Part shown: piece after piece, positions 1 to 10,860 of the stretch
Numbering within the stretch: the first letter of the stretch is position 1
How the letters are laid out: the number at the start of each line of letters is the position of its first letter
Virus record (IMG/VR): IMGVR_UViG_3300037400_001903
Location: 13,212 to 77,211 of that record
Reading direction: 5' to 3' (one strand)
Source: a virus
Lineage: Duplodnaviria > Caudoviricetes
DNA length: 64,000 nucleotides
Translations under genes and position numbers: made by a program
The notes under the pieces: generated by a model
The model's database searches: none
What the model was told of the DNA's origin: nothing
The model's input: the letters and a program-made list of their open reading frames with translations, nothing else

Positions 1-3000
1 GAATTCTTTTATACTAGAAGCTATTTCATCACCAAATGATTTTTGTATTGATGATATTGTCTTAGCTATAACAGCATCTTTAGCAACACCTAAAGCTGTC
101 TTTAGTCTAGCTCTAGTGTCTTTACTTAAATTAAACTGATTATAAGTAAACAATTCTGTAGCATCTTTAGTTTCTACATAACGCCCATCTAATAAATCTT
201 TAAATTTTTTAGAAGCGAAACCTGTTGCTGAATCTTTGTATGATAATATTTCATCAATTAAGAACTTAGTATCAAGAGCAAGTCTTCTTATAATTTCATC
301 TGATTGTCTTTCACCTATAGCATATTCTGAATAATAAAGGTCACCATCTTTAAAGTCACTAGCTTTAAGTGTTGGATACTTTGAAGCATCTTCTTTTTTG
401 ATAACTTTAATGTAAGAAGTTTTATCATCTAATTTAGCATCATTCATATATAAAGCTTTTGCTTTTAATTCATTATCATTTAAAGAATCACCATTACGTA
501 ATTTTTCAAGTAGTTTTGCTATTGTTACACCAGTACTATTCTCTATTTCTTTTATAACATTAAACTCATTAACTGGGTCATAAGTAGAATCATATAACAT
601 GTTTATTAAATCATCAGCTGCATCCCAAGTTTTATCAGTAGATTTCATTAAAGAATTACCATATTTTTGTAGAGATGCGTCTGGTTTAATTAGCATTACT
701 TTATCTGAGTCAAAGTCTCCACTATGATAAGCCATGAATATATCTGGAGCTAAGATAATATCGTTATAAGTATTATCAACTATTCTAACTCTATAAGTGT
801 GAACTATATTCTGACCTACTCCTGGAACTCTATATAGTGAAATATAAACATAATCTGTTGGGCCTAAGCCTAAAGATTCTTTATAAGATTCTATAGAAGC
901 TCCACCGAATAATTGTTCAAATCTATGTCTAGTTATGCCAATATCAGTAGACTTTAGTTGATACTGTGTGCCGTCTTCTAAAGTTATATTTCTTCCAGGG
1001 ATTATACCTGAAGCCATTACCCAATTTGTAGGAATATCTACAGATTCAGAGAATGTAGACATAGCATCATCTAATGCATCAAAGTAGAAGTTCTTTAGAA
1101 TTCTTGGACCTTTATACTCTATGACAAATTCATTAGTACCAGGCTTATACGCATTTTCGAAGTCACCTGTCTTTAATCCTGTCATTAAATCGAATAATAG
1201 ATTCTTTGTATCATCATCTATATTTTTTAATTCAGCAGCTTTGAAAATCTTATCATAAACTTTTGATACAACAAAAGATTGATAATCTTTTTCAAGTCTT
1301 CTCTTTTCTGATTCAAAGCTTTCCTTAGAAACAGAATCATCTATAAAGTTAATGAAGCTTGTCTCATCATAAGTATTAACAGGTTTCCTGTCTTTGTATT
1401 TAGTATTAAGTAGATATTCTATTTCGTTGATAGGCATCTTTAAGAAATCTTCTTGAGTGAAGTTATCATTCTCTTTTAGTTGCTGCTTCTCTTTTCTGAT
1501 TGAATTAATCATGTCATTCATTAACTCAACGCCTGTTTTAAACTTATCTTCTGTTAATTCAGTACCATCATTATTTATGAATAATAATACTTTATCTCTA
1601 ACTGCATTTAAGTTTGATGAGCCATCATCATTAACATGTAATAACCAATTTAAGAAATCAGATTGATATTCAAATATTAATTCATGTTCAAGATTGTAAT
1701 CTTTCTTATAAAGATATTGAATTTCATCTGAATTTATTACAGCGTTTCTCTGAGTTACTAATTCATTAAGAAGCTTATCAGTCATAGATGTACCATATTT
1801 AGAATATAATTCTCTATAATCTTTAGCATCTTTATCTAAAGCATCTAATTTCCAAATATCATCAAATGATTTTAATGAACCGTCTTCTTGCTTAATAGAT
1901 GTTAATAACTTAAACAATTCAGTTTTATCTATATCATTAGCATCAAGACTTTTAAGTAAGCTATCTATATCTTTATATAGTGAGGCTTTAATTTTCTCAA
2001 CATCTACCAAGTTATTCATTTCATATAAGAAATACTTGTAGGAGAAAATAGCATCATCCATAGCTAAGTGTGATGTAGATTCATCACCTAACTGTCTTCT
2101 TAAATTTGCTAGAGATACAGAAGCTTTATTAATATCTGCATTAGGTGTTATAACTTTTGCAATATCTTCTTGTGTATCAATATGTTCAACAGCATCAGCT
2201 AATTTTCCGATTGAACCAAATTGCTTTTCTATTTTCTTGATATCTGTAGCTCTAGAGTTATGTCCAAGAAGTACAAACTCTTTAAGACCTAATTGAGATA
2301 AAGCATGGCTAATAGCTTCATCTATAGCTTTTAGTACTTCAGTATTTGCATCAGAACTATTTATAGAGAAGATGTATTCATTATTATGTTTTGTTTTAGT
2401 CCTTGTATTATATTTTAAACTGTCTTCATAATTCCTGTAAGCTGAAGCTGCATCCTTATCTGTAGAAGCTAGAGTTTCATAACCAGCTATTTCACTATCA
2501 TCATATTTAATTAAGATTCTATATCTAAGAATATCTTCATCTTTAGTTACAGATAAATCTTTAGAACCTTTAGCTACTGCGAAAGATATCTCATAAATTT
2601 TATCCTCTAGATTTTTACCGAAATAATTTTCAAGGTCGAAATTTACTATAGCTTTACCATCTATAAGCTCAGCAACATTTATTGTTTTTGCTACACTACC
2701 ATCATCATTATGAAGGTCAATCATACCTTCTTGAAGAGAAGTTCTAGCGTAATTCTCTTGAAGTTTATTTAAGTAATCTTCATTTCCTAATAAGAAGAAT
2801 TGTAAATCTTTACCTCTATTACCTGATAATATTTTATATTGGATAATATTAGCAACTGCTTGTTTTCTTTCTTCTGGGTCAGATATATTTGAAACAACTC
2901 TTTTCAAATCTAAAGCATGTAATTCACCATCTTCAGAATCTAAATTATCAATAGCTTTAGTAACATTTATATCATCACTTAAATTATCTAAGGATTCTTT

Positions 3001-6000
3001 AAGAACATCAGTAATGCTATTCTTGAAATCGAGAATGCTTGATGGAACAGAACTCTCATTTATAAAGTAAGTGAAAGCATCTATAGTATCAGCAACCATT
3101 TTGTTTGCTTTCTTTTGAAGAGCATCATATTCTTTGCTAGTTAATGTACCTTTCTTTAAATCTATATGAGATAAAGCTTGGTCTTTCAAACTTAAGAAAT
3201 CTGCAGCAGAATGTAAATTCTCTACTGTCTCTAATGTAGAATGAAGCAATCTATCTACAGCGTAGTTTAAAGATTCAACCATAGCTTCTTTAGTAGCATC
3301 AGGCATATTAGCAAATGTTTTAGATACCTCATCCATTATTAGTGTTTTAGAATTCTGCATATATAATGTTCTGATTTCTGAACGAGTCATATATGAACCA
3401 AGTTGTTTAGCAACTATATCTGCAGCACTATCTGATATAACATCAAAGTCTAATTCATTGTTTCTTTCAAAATAATCTGCAATACAATTTCTGTAAATCA
3501 TATTTCTTAAATAAGAAACATTACCAGACTTTTTATCTAGAGACATTATCTTTATATTCTCACCATAAGAAGAAGCATTTAAAGACATGACATTCTTAGA
3601 GGCATTAAATAAGAAAGCCTTCTTGTAATTTAATTTCTCATCTAATATACCTTTTAAGAATAATTGACGACCTAATGATATAGCTTCTCTACGACCATAG
3701 ATATTATCACCAACATTATCTATATGCCATACATCATTCTCATCTTGATAAGCGATAGTATATCTATTATATGAAGAAGACATATCTGTACCTGTAGTAT
3801 TGAAATAAATCTTCAAAGCTAATTCCATAGCTGTCTTTGAATCTATATCTACAAGCGAGTTATCTTTTAATATAGTTCCTGGTATAGATTTAGCTAAAGA
3901 AGCAATACTTGTAAGCATCTCGCCTAATGCTAGTTTATTTTCCATGTTAGCTACATACACAGAACCTGGATGGTCAACAGTTGGTGTAGTATAAATATTT
4001 AACATTTCTGATAATAATTTAGAGGTTTCACCATTTAATGTTGCAGCAGAAAGTTTCTTGAAGAAAGTATCTTGTTCTTTCTTATACTTAAGTCTTTCAC
4101 TTCTAAATAATATTTCATTAGCGAACTCTTCCATAGCATCATTCTTAATAAATGCTTGGCCTGCAGCATTGATTTGTGTAGTTTCTGTTCCTCTAGAATA
4201 AGTAACTCTTTGAGCAGAATAATCACGAACAAGGTCATTTATTGAGCCTTTAATATTAGTTAAATCATTCATTTGGAAAGGGTTAAACATAACTTTTTTA
4301 TCATGCATAACATATAAGCTACCACTAAATTCTTTACCATTTATATCCCAAACTATTTTAATAGAGTTTGCTGTCTCTACATATATGGTTTTTATTGTTG
4401 CAGTACCATTGTTTAAACTTACTAATAGCTTTAATAAACTTTCATCAGGTCTAGATATTGGTGTAATTAATATTTTATCAGGTAGTTTCGTACCAGTATA
4501 GTGCTCAAAAGAATCACCACAATAATCTACTATATCTTTATCAGCTATTTTTAAATCATCTAATGTTATATAAGAATATTCCTTTAAGCCTTTAGTAGAA
4601 ACATTAATAGCATTAATTGCATCTTTAGACACTACATAATTTTCTTTTGTTATATCTTTAAAGCTATTATTTTCATACTTATCAATTAAAGATAACTTCT
4701 CTTTTAATTGAGGTGTTACCATTCCAAGCTTTTCTAATGCATCAAATTGTTCTCTAGTAAGAACTCTTATATCATCAATACTAATGAAGGCTTTACCTGT
4801 AGATGAATCATATCTAATCATAGAAGCAATATCTGCATAAGGATTATCTTTTTGTAAAATGAATATGTCATCCCTAGAGTTATAAGTTGCAGGTGTAAGC
4901 ATCTTTAATAGACCAACTATTTTCTTAACTGTTTCTGCATTATAACCAGAATCTAAAGCAATCTTAGTATAGTCAAGTTTATCAACTATAGCCTTGCCAT
5001 CATAATCAATACCAAAGTTTCTGTATTCACCCATGTTTTTCTCAACAGCCTCAGCTATTTTATTTAATTGGTCTTTATCAAATACTATATCTATTTCTTC
5101 TTTAGTGAATCCTCTTGAGGCTAAAGCATCTATAGTCCTTTGGTTCTCTGATTTTAAATAAGACTTTATAATACTCTCAAGATTTTTTGTTATATCCTCT
5201 TCAGATGAATAACCTTTAATATTTAAAGAAGTATTACTAATGAAAGATTTGAAATCTTCTATAGTATCAAATCTATCAAAGTTCTGACCTTTAAGGAAAT
5301 CTAAGAAGTTTGCACCACCAGCACTTAGTCCTTCAACTTTAATAGTATCAAAATTATAAGTTTGTTCTGGTAGCTGAGCAATTTCTAATTCATTAGGTAA
5401 TACAAACATACTTCTTAAATTTATATTACCATTCTTATCAGAGAAATTTTTAATTATATAAGGTAATGTCCAATTATCTGCTTTAACATTTGTTATTACA
5501 ACCTTATGCATTTTACCAGGTAAATCTTCATTAATGAATTCATATAATGAAGAAGTCTTTTTTGTGAAGTTTTTATATTCCTCATCTGACATTGTGACTG
5601 AGTATAATGAAGTATCACTCTCAGTTTTAACATAAGCATTAGCTGCTTTTATTAAATATAATAATGTTATAGCATTACCAAATGCACCATCATCATTCAT
5701 GTCAGAGAATAATTGTTTATAAGAATAACTATTAAAATATTTTCTACTAGTTTCATTATCTATCTTAGATGCAGCTTTACCTAACTTTAACATACAAGTT
5801 ATAATTTCTTTAGCAGCATCTAAAGATATAGCATCTTTAGTTAAAGTAATACTAAACATTTTATTAATAGCATCTAAGTTTAAAGAATCAATATCAGCAT
5901 CAGATACTAATACACCATATCTATCCTTAACAGCAAGTTTAACATCTAGCTTCTCTTTATTATTTAAAAAGACTAGAGAGTTATCATCTGTAATAATTCT

Positions 6001-9000
6001 TGAAAGTTGCATTAGTTTATTATAATTTTCTAGAGTTAAATTAAATTCTAAACCTCTTGAAGAATCTGATGTGAAACTAATTCCAGGTTTATCTAAACTT
6101 CTACCTGATTCTAACATAGAATTTACTTCTACTTCAGAATAACCTATAGAATACATCATGTTCTTAAAATCATTTAACTCAGCTGTATTGTTTCTATCAA
6201 ATGTTAGAACACTTGTTTCATTATCTGTTTGCAATCTACATAAAGCTCTAAGAGTATCTATGTTTCTAGCATTGCCTAATTTCTTTTCTAGGTTAGCTAT
6301 TATAGTTTTACTACCAACAGATAATGCTTCTTTAGAACTTTCAACCTCTAATTCACGGACTAAATTATGAAATTCTTTTGTTTCTAATTGAGATAAGTTA
6401 ACAATTATTAAATCTTTTTTGTTATAACGAACAGTATCTTTTAAAAGCTTGCCGTATGTAATTAAAGAATTAATTAGTTCATCCTTAAGTAGATTAGCAT
6501 CTATATCTTCTGAACGTAAAGCTAAGAAGGTATCAACGAAATCAGTTATTTCCTTTTCGTTTGTTAAATAATCGTCTAAGTCTAGATTTCTTAGAGTTTG
6601 GCCCAAAGATGTTTGTAAAGGATTTTCTTTTACTAGCTCCAACTGACCTTCTGTAAAAGCTATCAAGCCCTCAAGTCCACTGAAGAAATCATTTCCAACT
6701 AATTTGTCTTTAATCAATAACTGTTGAACTTCTTTATCTTCTAATACTTTCTTGATAGCACTGTCGAGATTTTTAAGGTCAGTTGAAGAAACGTCATTGC
6801 TATCGCCAGATTTTTTAGCAGCTTGAAGTTTTCCAGAAAGTTCTTTGATTTCACCAGTAGTTTTATAATACTCTAAGTATTTCTTTGTATTAGATACAGC
6901 TTCGTCATTTCCTGTTGTGTCTATCTCATCATAAGAAATTCCTAGCTTATCAAATATATTTATAAGTTGTATTCTACTTATTGCATCTATTTTAGAAGAA
7001 GCAAGTGTACATAAATATGTAGCAATTAATTTTCTAGCTCCTTCTTTATATTCTGCAGAATCTAAGAAATGAGTGTTCTCACTGTTATTGAAAGCAGCAA
7101 CACCATTTTCTATATTAGCTTTGATTGTTTCAAAATCTTTTAAATAAGCCTTAGCAGTTTTACCTTGACAAATTTGAAGATTATTTCTTACGAATATATC
7201 TATTAATAAGTCACAACCAGATTTAATCTTGTCTGCTTCTTTAGTCATGTTTAAGCAGAATAAAGCTCTCAATGCTGTAGCTATTGAGTCTGCTTGTTTT
7301 AATTGACCAAAGATTGTATTTTCAAAACAGCCAACTTGTACATATATAGTTTGCACTTTACCTGTTTTATCTAGATACTGCACTTCATTGAATAATCCTG
7401 CAATAGCTAAAGCTCTCATAGCATTATCAAAATTAGGGTTTAACATATCTTGTAAGTAATCATTATGATAAGCCTCATTCATTTTGAAAACATTGGAATC
7501 ATTTAATAAAGTTCTTGCAGCTGCTTCATTAGGTTCAATACCTAAGATTTCTCCAGCAACTTTTTGGAAGTCTTTGTTTATAACTAAGTCTTCATATTCT
7601 GGAACCAATTTACCGTTAGAATCATTAGCTATATGGTCTATTATTACATACTTATCAAAAGAGTCTGAGAACTCTGAACTATTAACATTATTATAATCAT
7701 CAGGTCTAGCTTCTGAATAGAAGTTCATCTCTTTAAGAATAGACTCATCTAGTGATGCTTTCAATCCTGCCATACTTAGTACATCATTTAACTGTTGATG
7801 TAAAGAAATTTTACCACCCTTCTTATCATCAACTGTTTTAATATGAATATGTTTTTGATAAGAAGCATCATCAAAGTTTTCGCCCACAGATTTAAAAGTA
7901 TTGTTGATAGCATCATATTGTTCTTTAGTCAAAGTAAGAACTTTATCTGGGGTATCTAATTTAATACCGACAGAACTTAATACAGATTTAATTCTTTCGT
8001 TTGACATAACAAAGTCTTTATCTATTGTATAAGTAGTTATAGTTGTATTAGTTCCTTGGAATTCTTTAGCATTAGATTCAAACTCATTCTTAGCTCTTTC
8101 GTAAGCTTGTCTAATACTAAACTCACCTTTTAATACAGAGATATTAGTATTATAAAGAGTGTTGTACATCTTTTGATACATCATTAAATCATAAGAATTT
8201 CTTGCTATAATTTTTTCCACAGCTGATTCTTTGATATTAGCTAAAACTATAGCTCTGATACCACCAGCAGATTTTTCGTCTTTAGTTAATCTAGATAAAG
8301 TTTTTTCATCTATTCCTAATACATCAGTAGAAACATCTGTTGATACTTCACATAGGAATGTTAAAGCTTTTATTGTAGCAGAAATTTCTGATTCACCTTT
8401 ATCTCCAACACGAAGAGCCATAGCTGGTTCTATAATATTAGTTAATATTTTTTGAGCAGCTTCTGGATTCTTCTCAACCATAGAAGCATAACGCCCTCTT
8501 ATTGTATTAATAGCTGTATCATAAGTTTTACTTAAGTTATCTACAGATGTAATTGCTGCTCTAATATATTCGTCATCATCTAGGTGAGGGCCAATTAACT
8601 TACCTTCATCAGTTCTTCCGAAGAACTTGAATCCCATATCTTGCTTAGCAATATATAAGTTTGTAAGAATAAATTGTGGGTTTAAAGTTATATTCTTCAT
8701 GTTCTCCCAGAAGTTACCATCTTTACTAGATAATGTAGCAGTAGTAGTTTGAGTTACAATATTTTCTATTATATCTGCAACTGTATCAATAGATTTAGTG
8801 TAAACTGATTTACCTATACTTCTTAAAGATTCAACACCAATTTGGTTTACAAAATTATTTAAAGTTTCATTAGATACTTTGCTACTTAAATCACTAATCT
8901 TATCTTGAATAGCTTTTTCATAAGCACCTCTTTGTCTAAAGAAAGATGTAACACCACTATCTCCAACAGCTCTTAGTGCAAATGATGTAAGAGTATTAAT

Positions 9001-10728
9001 ACCTATATTAGCTAAACCTCTACCAATAATCTCGCCTTCTGATAATTTTTCATCCTCACTAAGCATTTGATTTTGTATTGAAAGTTTAGTCATTGTTGAG
9101 ACACCATCACGTAATGCAAGTGTAGCAGCTGTTACAAATCTATTAGCCATAGCATGTTCAGCAAGCTTAGGTACAATAGAAGTAACGCTACCTCCTCTTA
9201 ATCCTGAGTAGGTACGAGTAGCAAATGCTGCACCTTTTAATACTGCTGTTCCAGCTTGAGCAAATCCTTTAGAAACACCACTTGCCATATTTGCAGTAGC
9301 ATTTGCAGCTGTTTTAGCTGCATTATTTATAGCTCCAGTTAATCCTGCAGAAGCAATCATACCAACGATTGTACCTGTAGCATTAAGTATTCCTCTAGCC
9401 CAGTCGTCACCTTCGCCCCATTGGAATCCTTGGAAGTCTTTTGTATTAACACCACCAAAAAGAATGTTGTTATTTTTAAAAGCATTCCAATCTAACATTA
9501 TATCATCATTACCACACCAGTGTCCTACTAATCCTACAACTTGTGCACCGAAATCAAATAGGCTTGTGAATACAGAGAAGAATGAACCAAGGAAAGAATC
9601 AACAGCTTCTTGGAAAGCACCGTTACCTAGCCAACCATGAGTTGTTACTCTATCAACAACTTTGTTTCCATCCTTATCTGTTTCATAATAAATCTTACAT
9701 GTATTGTTACCAGTACCTGATGAACCTTCAGCTGCATAAAGCTTACCATCAGTACTATAGTAATAATCGTAAGTACCATCATTATCTATATCAATGAATG
9801 GGTTAAACATATTTATGTCAACGAATCCACCTCTATATAATTTAATAAATTGTTCTTCTGATTCAAAGTAACTTGAGATTGCTGCGAACTGGTCAGCAAA
9901 TAGAGTCTTAATATCTTCAGCAGTTACTTCTCCACCTGAAGCCCATACTACTGCATTCTCTTTTAGTCTATTTAAAGAAGCAGCTTCGTACCAAGATTCA
10001 GCTTGAAATTTTTCTTCAGCCATAGAAAGAACATCAGACAAGAATGTTGATGAGTTTAAAGGATTTGAATAATCACCTTTCTTAGCTTTGTTATACCAAT
10101 ATAAAGAAGAATCAAAGTCATAGCCTTGAGCTTTAAGAATATCTTTACCATAAGCTTTGTATAAGAAATCAGCATATCCAATGTTACCTGCTTTATATTC
10201 AGCATGTAACTTTTTTACTTTCTCTTCAGCTAGTAAAAGCTTTGCTGTTGTTTCAAAACCTTTTGGAACGAAACCTGTTTTATTATAGTACTCTGTAAAA
10301 GATTCTCTATCAGATAAACCACAAGCTCTCTTTAAATCAGTATACTTTGTAGTACCTAATGAGTCCCTATATAAAGCTTCAACTGAATCATCCAATGGTT
10401 CTCCAGTAGGAACGTAAGATTCTACAGAACCTTCAGGTGCATAGGTTGTACCTTTATCTCCACCTAATATAGTTGAAATATCTGAAGAAGAATATTCATC
10501 TAGGTTAGGTCGTATGACTCCTGTACTTGCATTTAAAAAACCATCTTGCTGTGCCTTTTGCTCGTTGTCATCCAACTTAATGTCGAACTTATTTGAGCCA
10601 GTACTAGGAGATGGCGTTAAAAGAGTATCGTCAATTTCTTTATTAGAACCTGCGATATCGTCATTAACATTTTGAGTTAATTCATTAAAAATATTATTGT
10701 TCTTATAATCTGTGTTTTGTCCTTGCAT
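1..10728 (-). CDS. Giant (>=3576 aa, 3'-partial) putative virion-ejected polyvalent protein with DEDDh exonuclease and two-barrel RNA polymerase (beta-prime-like) catalytic domain
   Basis: ATG at 10728 after AGAGAGGGG RBS and a SigA promoter. I read the frame codon by codon and found no stop to position 1. N-terminal Gly/Ala-rich hydrophobic segments (about 8950-9550); exonuclease motifs FDLE/GHN..D/HLAMDD (2053-2640); LYRVP...YHSGDFDSDKV (700-835). Confidence 0.9.
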   Translation of the reverse strand, partial: MQGQNTDYKNNNIFNELTQNVNDDIAGSNKEIDDTLLTPSPSTGSNKFDIKLDDNEQKAQQDGFLNASTGVIRPNLDEYSSSDISTILGGDKGTTYAPEGSVESYVPTGEPLDDSVEALYRDSLGTTKYTDLKRACGLSDRESFTEYYNKTGFVPKGFETTAKLLLAEEKVKKLHAEYKAGNIGYADFLYKAYGKDILKAQGYDFDSSLYWYNKAKKGDYSNPLNSSTFLSDVLSMAEEKFQAESWYEAASLNRLKENAVVWASGGEVTAEDIKTLFADQFAAISSYFESEEQFIKLYRGGFVDINMFNPFIDIDNDGTYDYYYSTDGKLYAAEGSSGTGNNTCKIYYETDKDGNKVVDRVTTHGWLGNGAFQEAVDSFLGSFFSVFTSLFDFGAQVVGLVGHWCGNDDIMLDWNAFKNNNILFGGVNTKDFQGFQWGEGDDWARGILNATGTIVGMIASAGLTGAINNAAKTAANATANMASGVSKGFAQAGTAVLKGAAFATRTYSGLRGGSVTSIVPKLAEHAMANRFVTAATLALRDGVSTMTKLSIQNQMLSEDEKLSEGEIIGRGLANIGINTLTSFALRAVGDSGVTSFFRQRGAYEKAIQDKISDLSSKVSNETLNNFVNQIGVESLRSIGKSVYTKSIDTVADIIENIVTQTTTATLSSKDGNFWENMKNITLNPQFILTNLYIAKQDMGFKFFGRTDEGKLIGPHLDDDEYIRAAITSVDNLSKTYDTAINTIRGRYASMVEKNPEAAQKILTNIIEPAMALRVGDKGESEISATIKALTFLCEVSTDVSTDVLGIDEKTLSRLTKDEKSAGGIRAIVLANIKESAVEKIIARNSYDLMMYQKMYNTLYNTNISVLKGEFSIRQAYERAKNEFESNAKEFQGTNTTITTYTIDKDFVMSNERIKSVLSSVGIKLDTPDKVLTLTKEQYDAINNTFKSVGENFDDASYQKHIHIKTVDDKKGGKISLHQQLNDVLSMAGLKASLDESILKEMNFYSEARPDDYNNVNSSEFSDSFDKYVIIDHIANDSNGKLVPEYEDLVINKDFQKVAGEILGIEPNEAAARTLLNDSNVFKMNEAYHNDYLQDMLNPNFDNAMRALAIAGLFNEVQYLDKTGKVQTIYVQVGCFENTIFGQLKQADSIATALRALFCLNMTKEADKIKSGCDLLIDIFVRNNLQICQGKTAKAYLKDFETIKANIENGVAAFNNSENTHFLDSAEYKEGARKLIATYLCTLASSKIDAISRIQLINIFDKLGISYDEIDTTGNDEAVSNTKKYLEYYKTTGEIKELSGKLQAAKKSGDSNDVSSTDLKNLDSAIKKVLEDKEVQQLLIKDKLVGNDFFSGLEGLIAFTEGQLELVKENPLQTSLGQTLRNLDLDDYLTNEKEITDFVDTFLALRSEDIDANLLKDELINSLITYGKLLKDTVRYNKKDLIIVNLSQLETKEFHNLVRELEVESSKEALSVGSKTIIANLEKKLGNARNIDTLRALCRLQTDNETSVLTFDRNNTAELNDFKNMMYSIGYSEVEVNSMLESGRSLDKPGISFTSDSSRGLEFNLTLENYNKLMQLSRIITDDNSLVFLNNKEKLDVKLAVKDRYGVLVSDADIDSLNLDAINKMFSITLTKDAISLDAAKEIITCMLKLGKAASKIDNETSRKYFNSYSYKQLFSDMNDDGAFGNAITLLYLIKAANAYVKTESDTSLYSVTMSDEEYKNFTKKTSSLYEFINEDLPGKMHKVVITNVKADNWTLPYIIKNFSDKNGNINLRSMFVLPNELEIAQLPEQTYNFDTIKVEGLSAGGANFLDFLKGQNFDRFDTIEDFKSFISNTSLNIKGYSSEEDITKNLESIIKSYLKSENQRTIDALASRGFTKEEIDIVFDKDQLNKIAEAVEKNMGEYRNFGIDYDGKAIVDKLDYTKIALDSGYNAETVKKIVGLLKMLTPATYNSRDDIFILQKDNPYADIASMIRYDSSTGKAFISIDDIRVLTREQFDALEKLGMVTPQLKEKLSLIDKYENNSFKDITKENYVVSKDAINAINVSTKGLKEYSYITLDDLKIADKDIVDYCGDSFEHYTGTKLPDKILITPISRPDESLLKLLVSLNNGTATIKTIYVETANSIKIVWDINGKEFSGSLYVMHDKKVMFNPFQMNDLTNIKGSINDLVRDYSAQRVTYSRGTETTQINAAGQAFIKNDAMEEFANEILFRSERLKYKKEQDTFFKKLSAATLNGETSKLLSEMLNIYTTPTVDHPGSVYVANMENKLALGEMLTSIASLAKSIPGTILKDNSLVDIDSKTAMELALKIYFNTTGTDMSSSYNRYTIAYQDENDVWHIDNVGDNIYGRREAISLGRQLFLKGILDEKLNYKKAFLFNASKNVMSLNASSYGENIKIMSLDKKSGNVSYLRNMIYRNCIADYFERNNELDFDVISDSAADIVAKQLGSYMTRSEIRTLYMQNSKTLIMDEVSKTFANMPDATKEAMVESLNYAVDRLLHSTLETVENLHSAADFLSLKDQALSHIDLKKGTLTSKEYDALQKKANKMVADTIDAFTYFINESSVPSSILDFKNSITDVLKESLDNLSDDINVTKAIDNLDSEDGELHALDLKRVVSNISDPEERKQAVANIIQYKILSGNRGKDLQFFLLGNEDYLNKLQENYARTSLQEGMIDLHNDDGSVAKTINVAELIDGKAIVNFDLENYFGKNLEDKIYEISFAVAKGSKDLSVTKDEDILRYRILIKYDDSEIAGYETLASTDKDAASAYRNYEDSLKYNTRTKTKHNNEYIFSINSSDANTEVLKAIDEAISHALSQLGLKEFVLLGHNSRATDIKKIEKQFGSIGKLADAVEHIDTQEDIAKVITPNADINKASVSLANLRRQLGDESTSHLAMDDAIFSYKYFLYEMNNLVDVEKIKASLYKDIDSLLKSLDANDIDKTELFKLLTSIKQEDGSLKSFDDIWKLDALDKDAKDYRELYSKYGTSMTDKLLNELVTQRNAVINSDEIQYLYKKDYNLEHELIFEYQSDFLNWLLHVNDDGSSNLNAVRDKVLLFINNDGTELTEDKFKTGVELMNDMINSIRKEKQQLKENDNFTQEDFLKMPINEIEYLLNTKYKDRKPVNTYDETSFINFIDDSVSKESFESEKRRLEKDYQSFVVSKVYDKIFKAAELKNIDDDTKNLLFDLMTGLKTGDFENAYKPGTNEFVIEYKGPRILKNFYFDALDDAMSTFSESVDIPTNWVMASGIIPGRNITLEDGTQYQLKSTDIGITRHRFEQLFGGASIESYKESLGLGPTDYVYISLYRVPGVGQNIVHTYRVRIVDNTYNDIILAPDIFMAYHSGDFDSDKVMLIKPDASLQKYGNSLMKSTDKTWDAADDLINMLYDSTYDPVNEFNVIKEIENSTGVTIAKLLEKLRNGDSLNDNELKAKALYMNDAKLDDKTSYIKVIKKEDASKYPTLKASDFKDGDLYYSEYAIGERQSDEIIRRLALDTKFLIDEILSYKDSATGFASKKFKDLLDGRYVETKDATELFTYNQFNLSKDTRARLKTALGVAKDAVIAKTISSIQKSFGDEIASSIKEF

Positions 10729-10771
10729 TTTTGTAGACCCCTCTCTATTTTATATTCTGGATAAAACATTA

Positions 10772-10809
10772 TCTATGATAATTATATCATAGAGAAAAAA
10801 AGATGACAA
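10772..10809 (-). promoter_or_regulatory. SigA-type promoter of the giant gene with an overlapping palindrome
   Basis: Minus strand TTGTCA-N17-TATAAT with TGn extension; inverted repeat TCTATGAT-N6-ATCATAGA (10772-10793) covers the -10. Confidence 0.75.
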
Positions 10810-10826
10810 CCATATAGCTGCCATTC
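10794..10826 (-). terminator. Intrinsic terminator after the tRNA
   Basis: Minus strand ATGGCAGC-TATATG-GTTGTCAT followed by CTTTTTTT. Confidence 0.7.
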
Positions 10827-10860
10827 TTTTTTGTAATATCATAACAAGAGGTAAAATATT

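Noticed and set aside
2641-2670. IDGKAIV as the conserved DG motif of the second RNAP barrel
   Set aside because: It runs directly into the ExoI strand (VNFDLE) of the exonuclease domain.
1457-9797. Short ORFs in the track (1457, 4035, 6158, 7484, 8231, 9582)
   Set aside because: They are antisense or off-frame shadows of the giant gene, without RBS or coherent composition.
10105-10119. DFDSS near the giant protein N terminus as a second polymerase motif
   Set aside because: It lacks the third Asp and the upstream R-x-P context.
1-10728. Stop-codon recoding as the reason the ORF track shows no gene here
   Set aside because: The minus frame is open in code 11 throughout; it is missed only because the stop lies beyond the window. 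TAA, TAG and TGA all end genes elsewhere.
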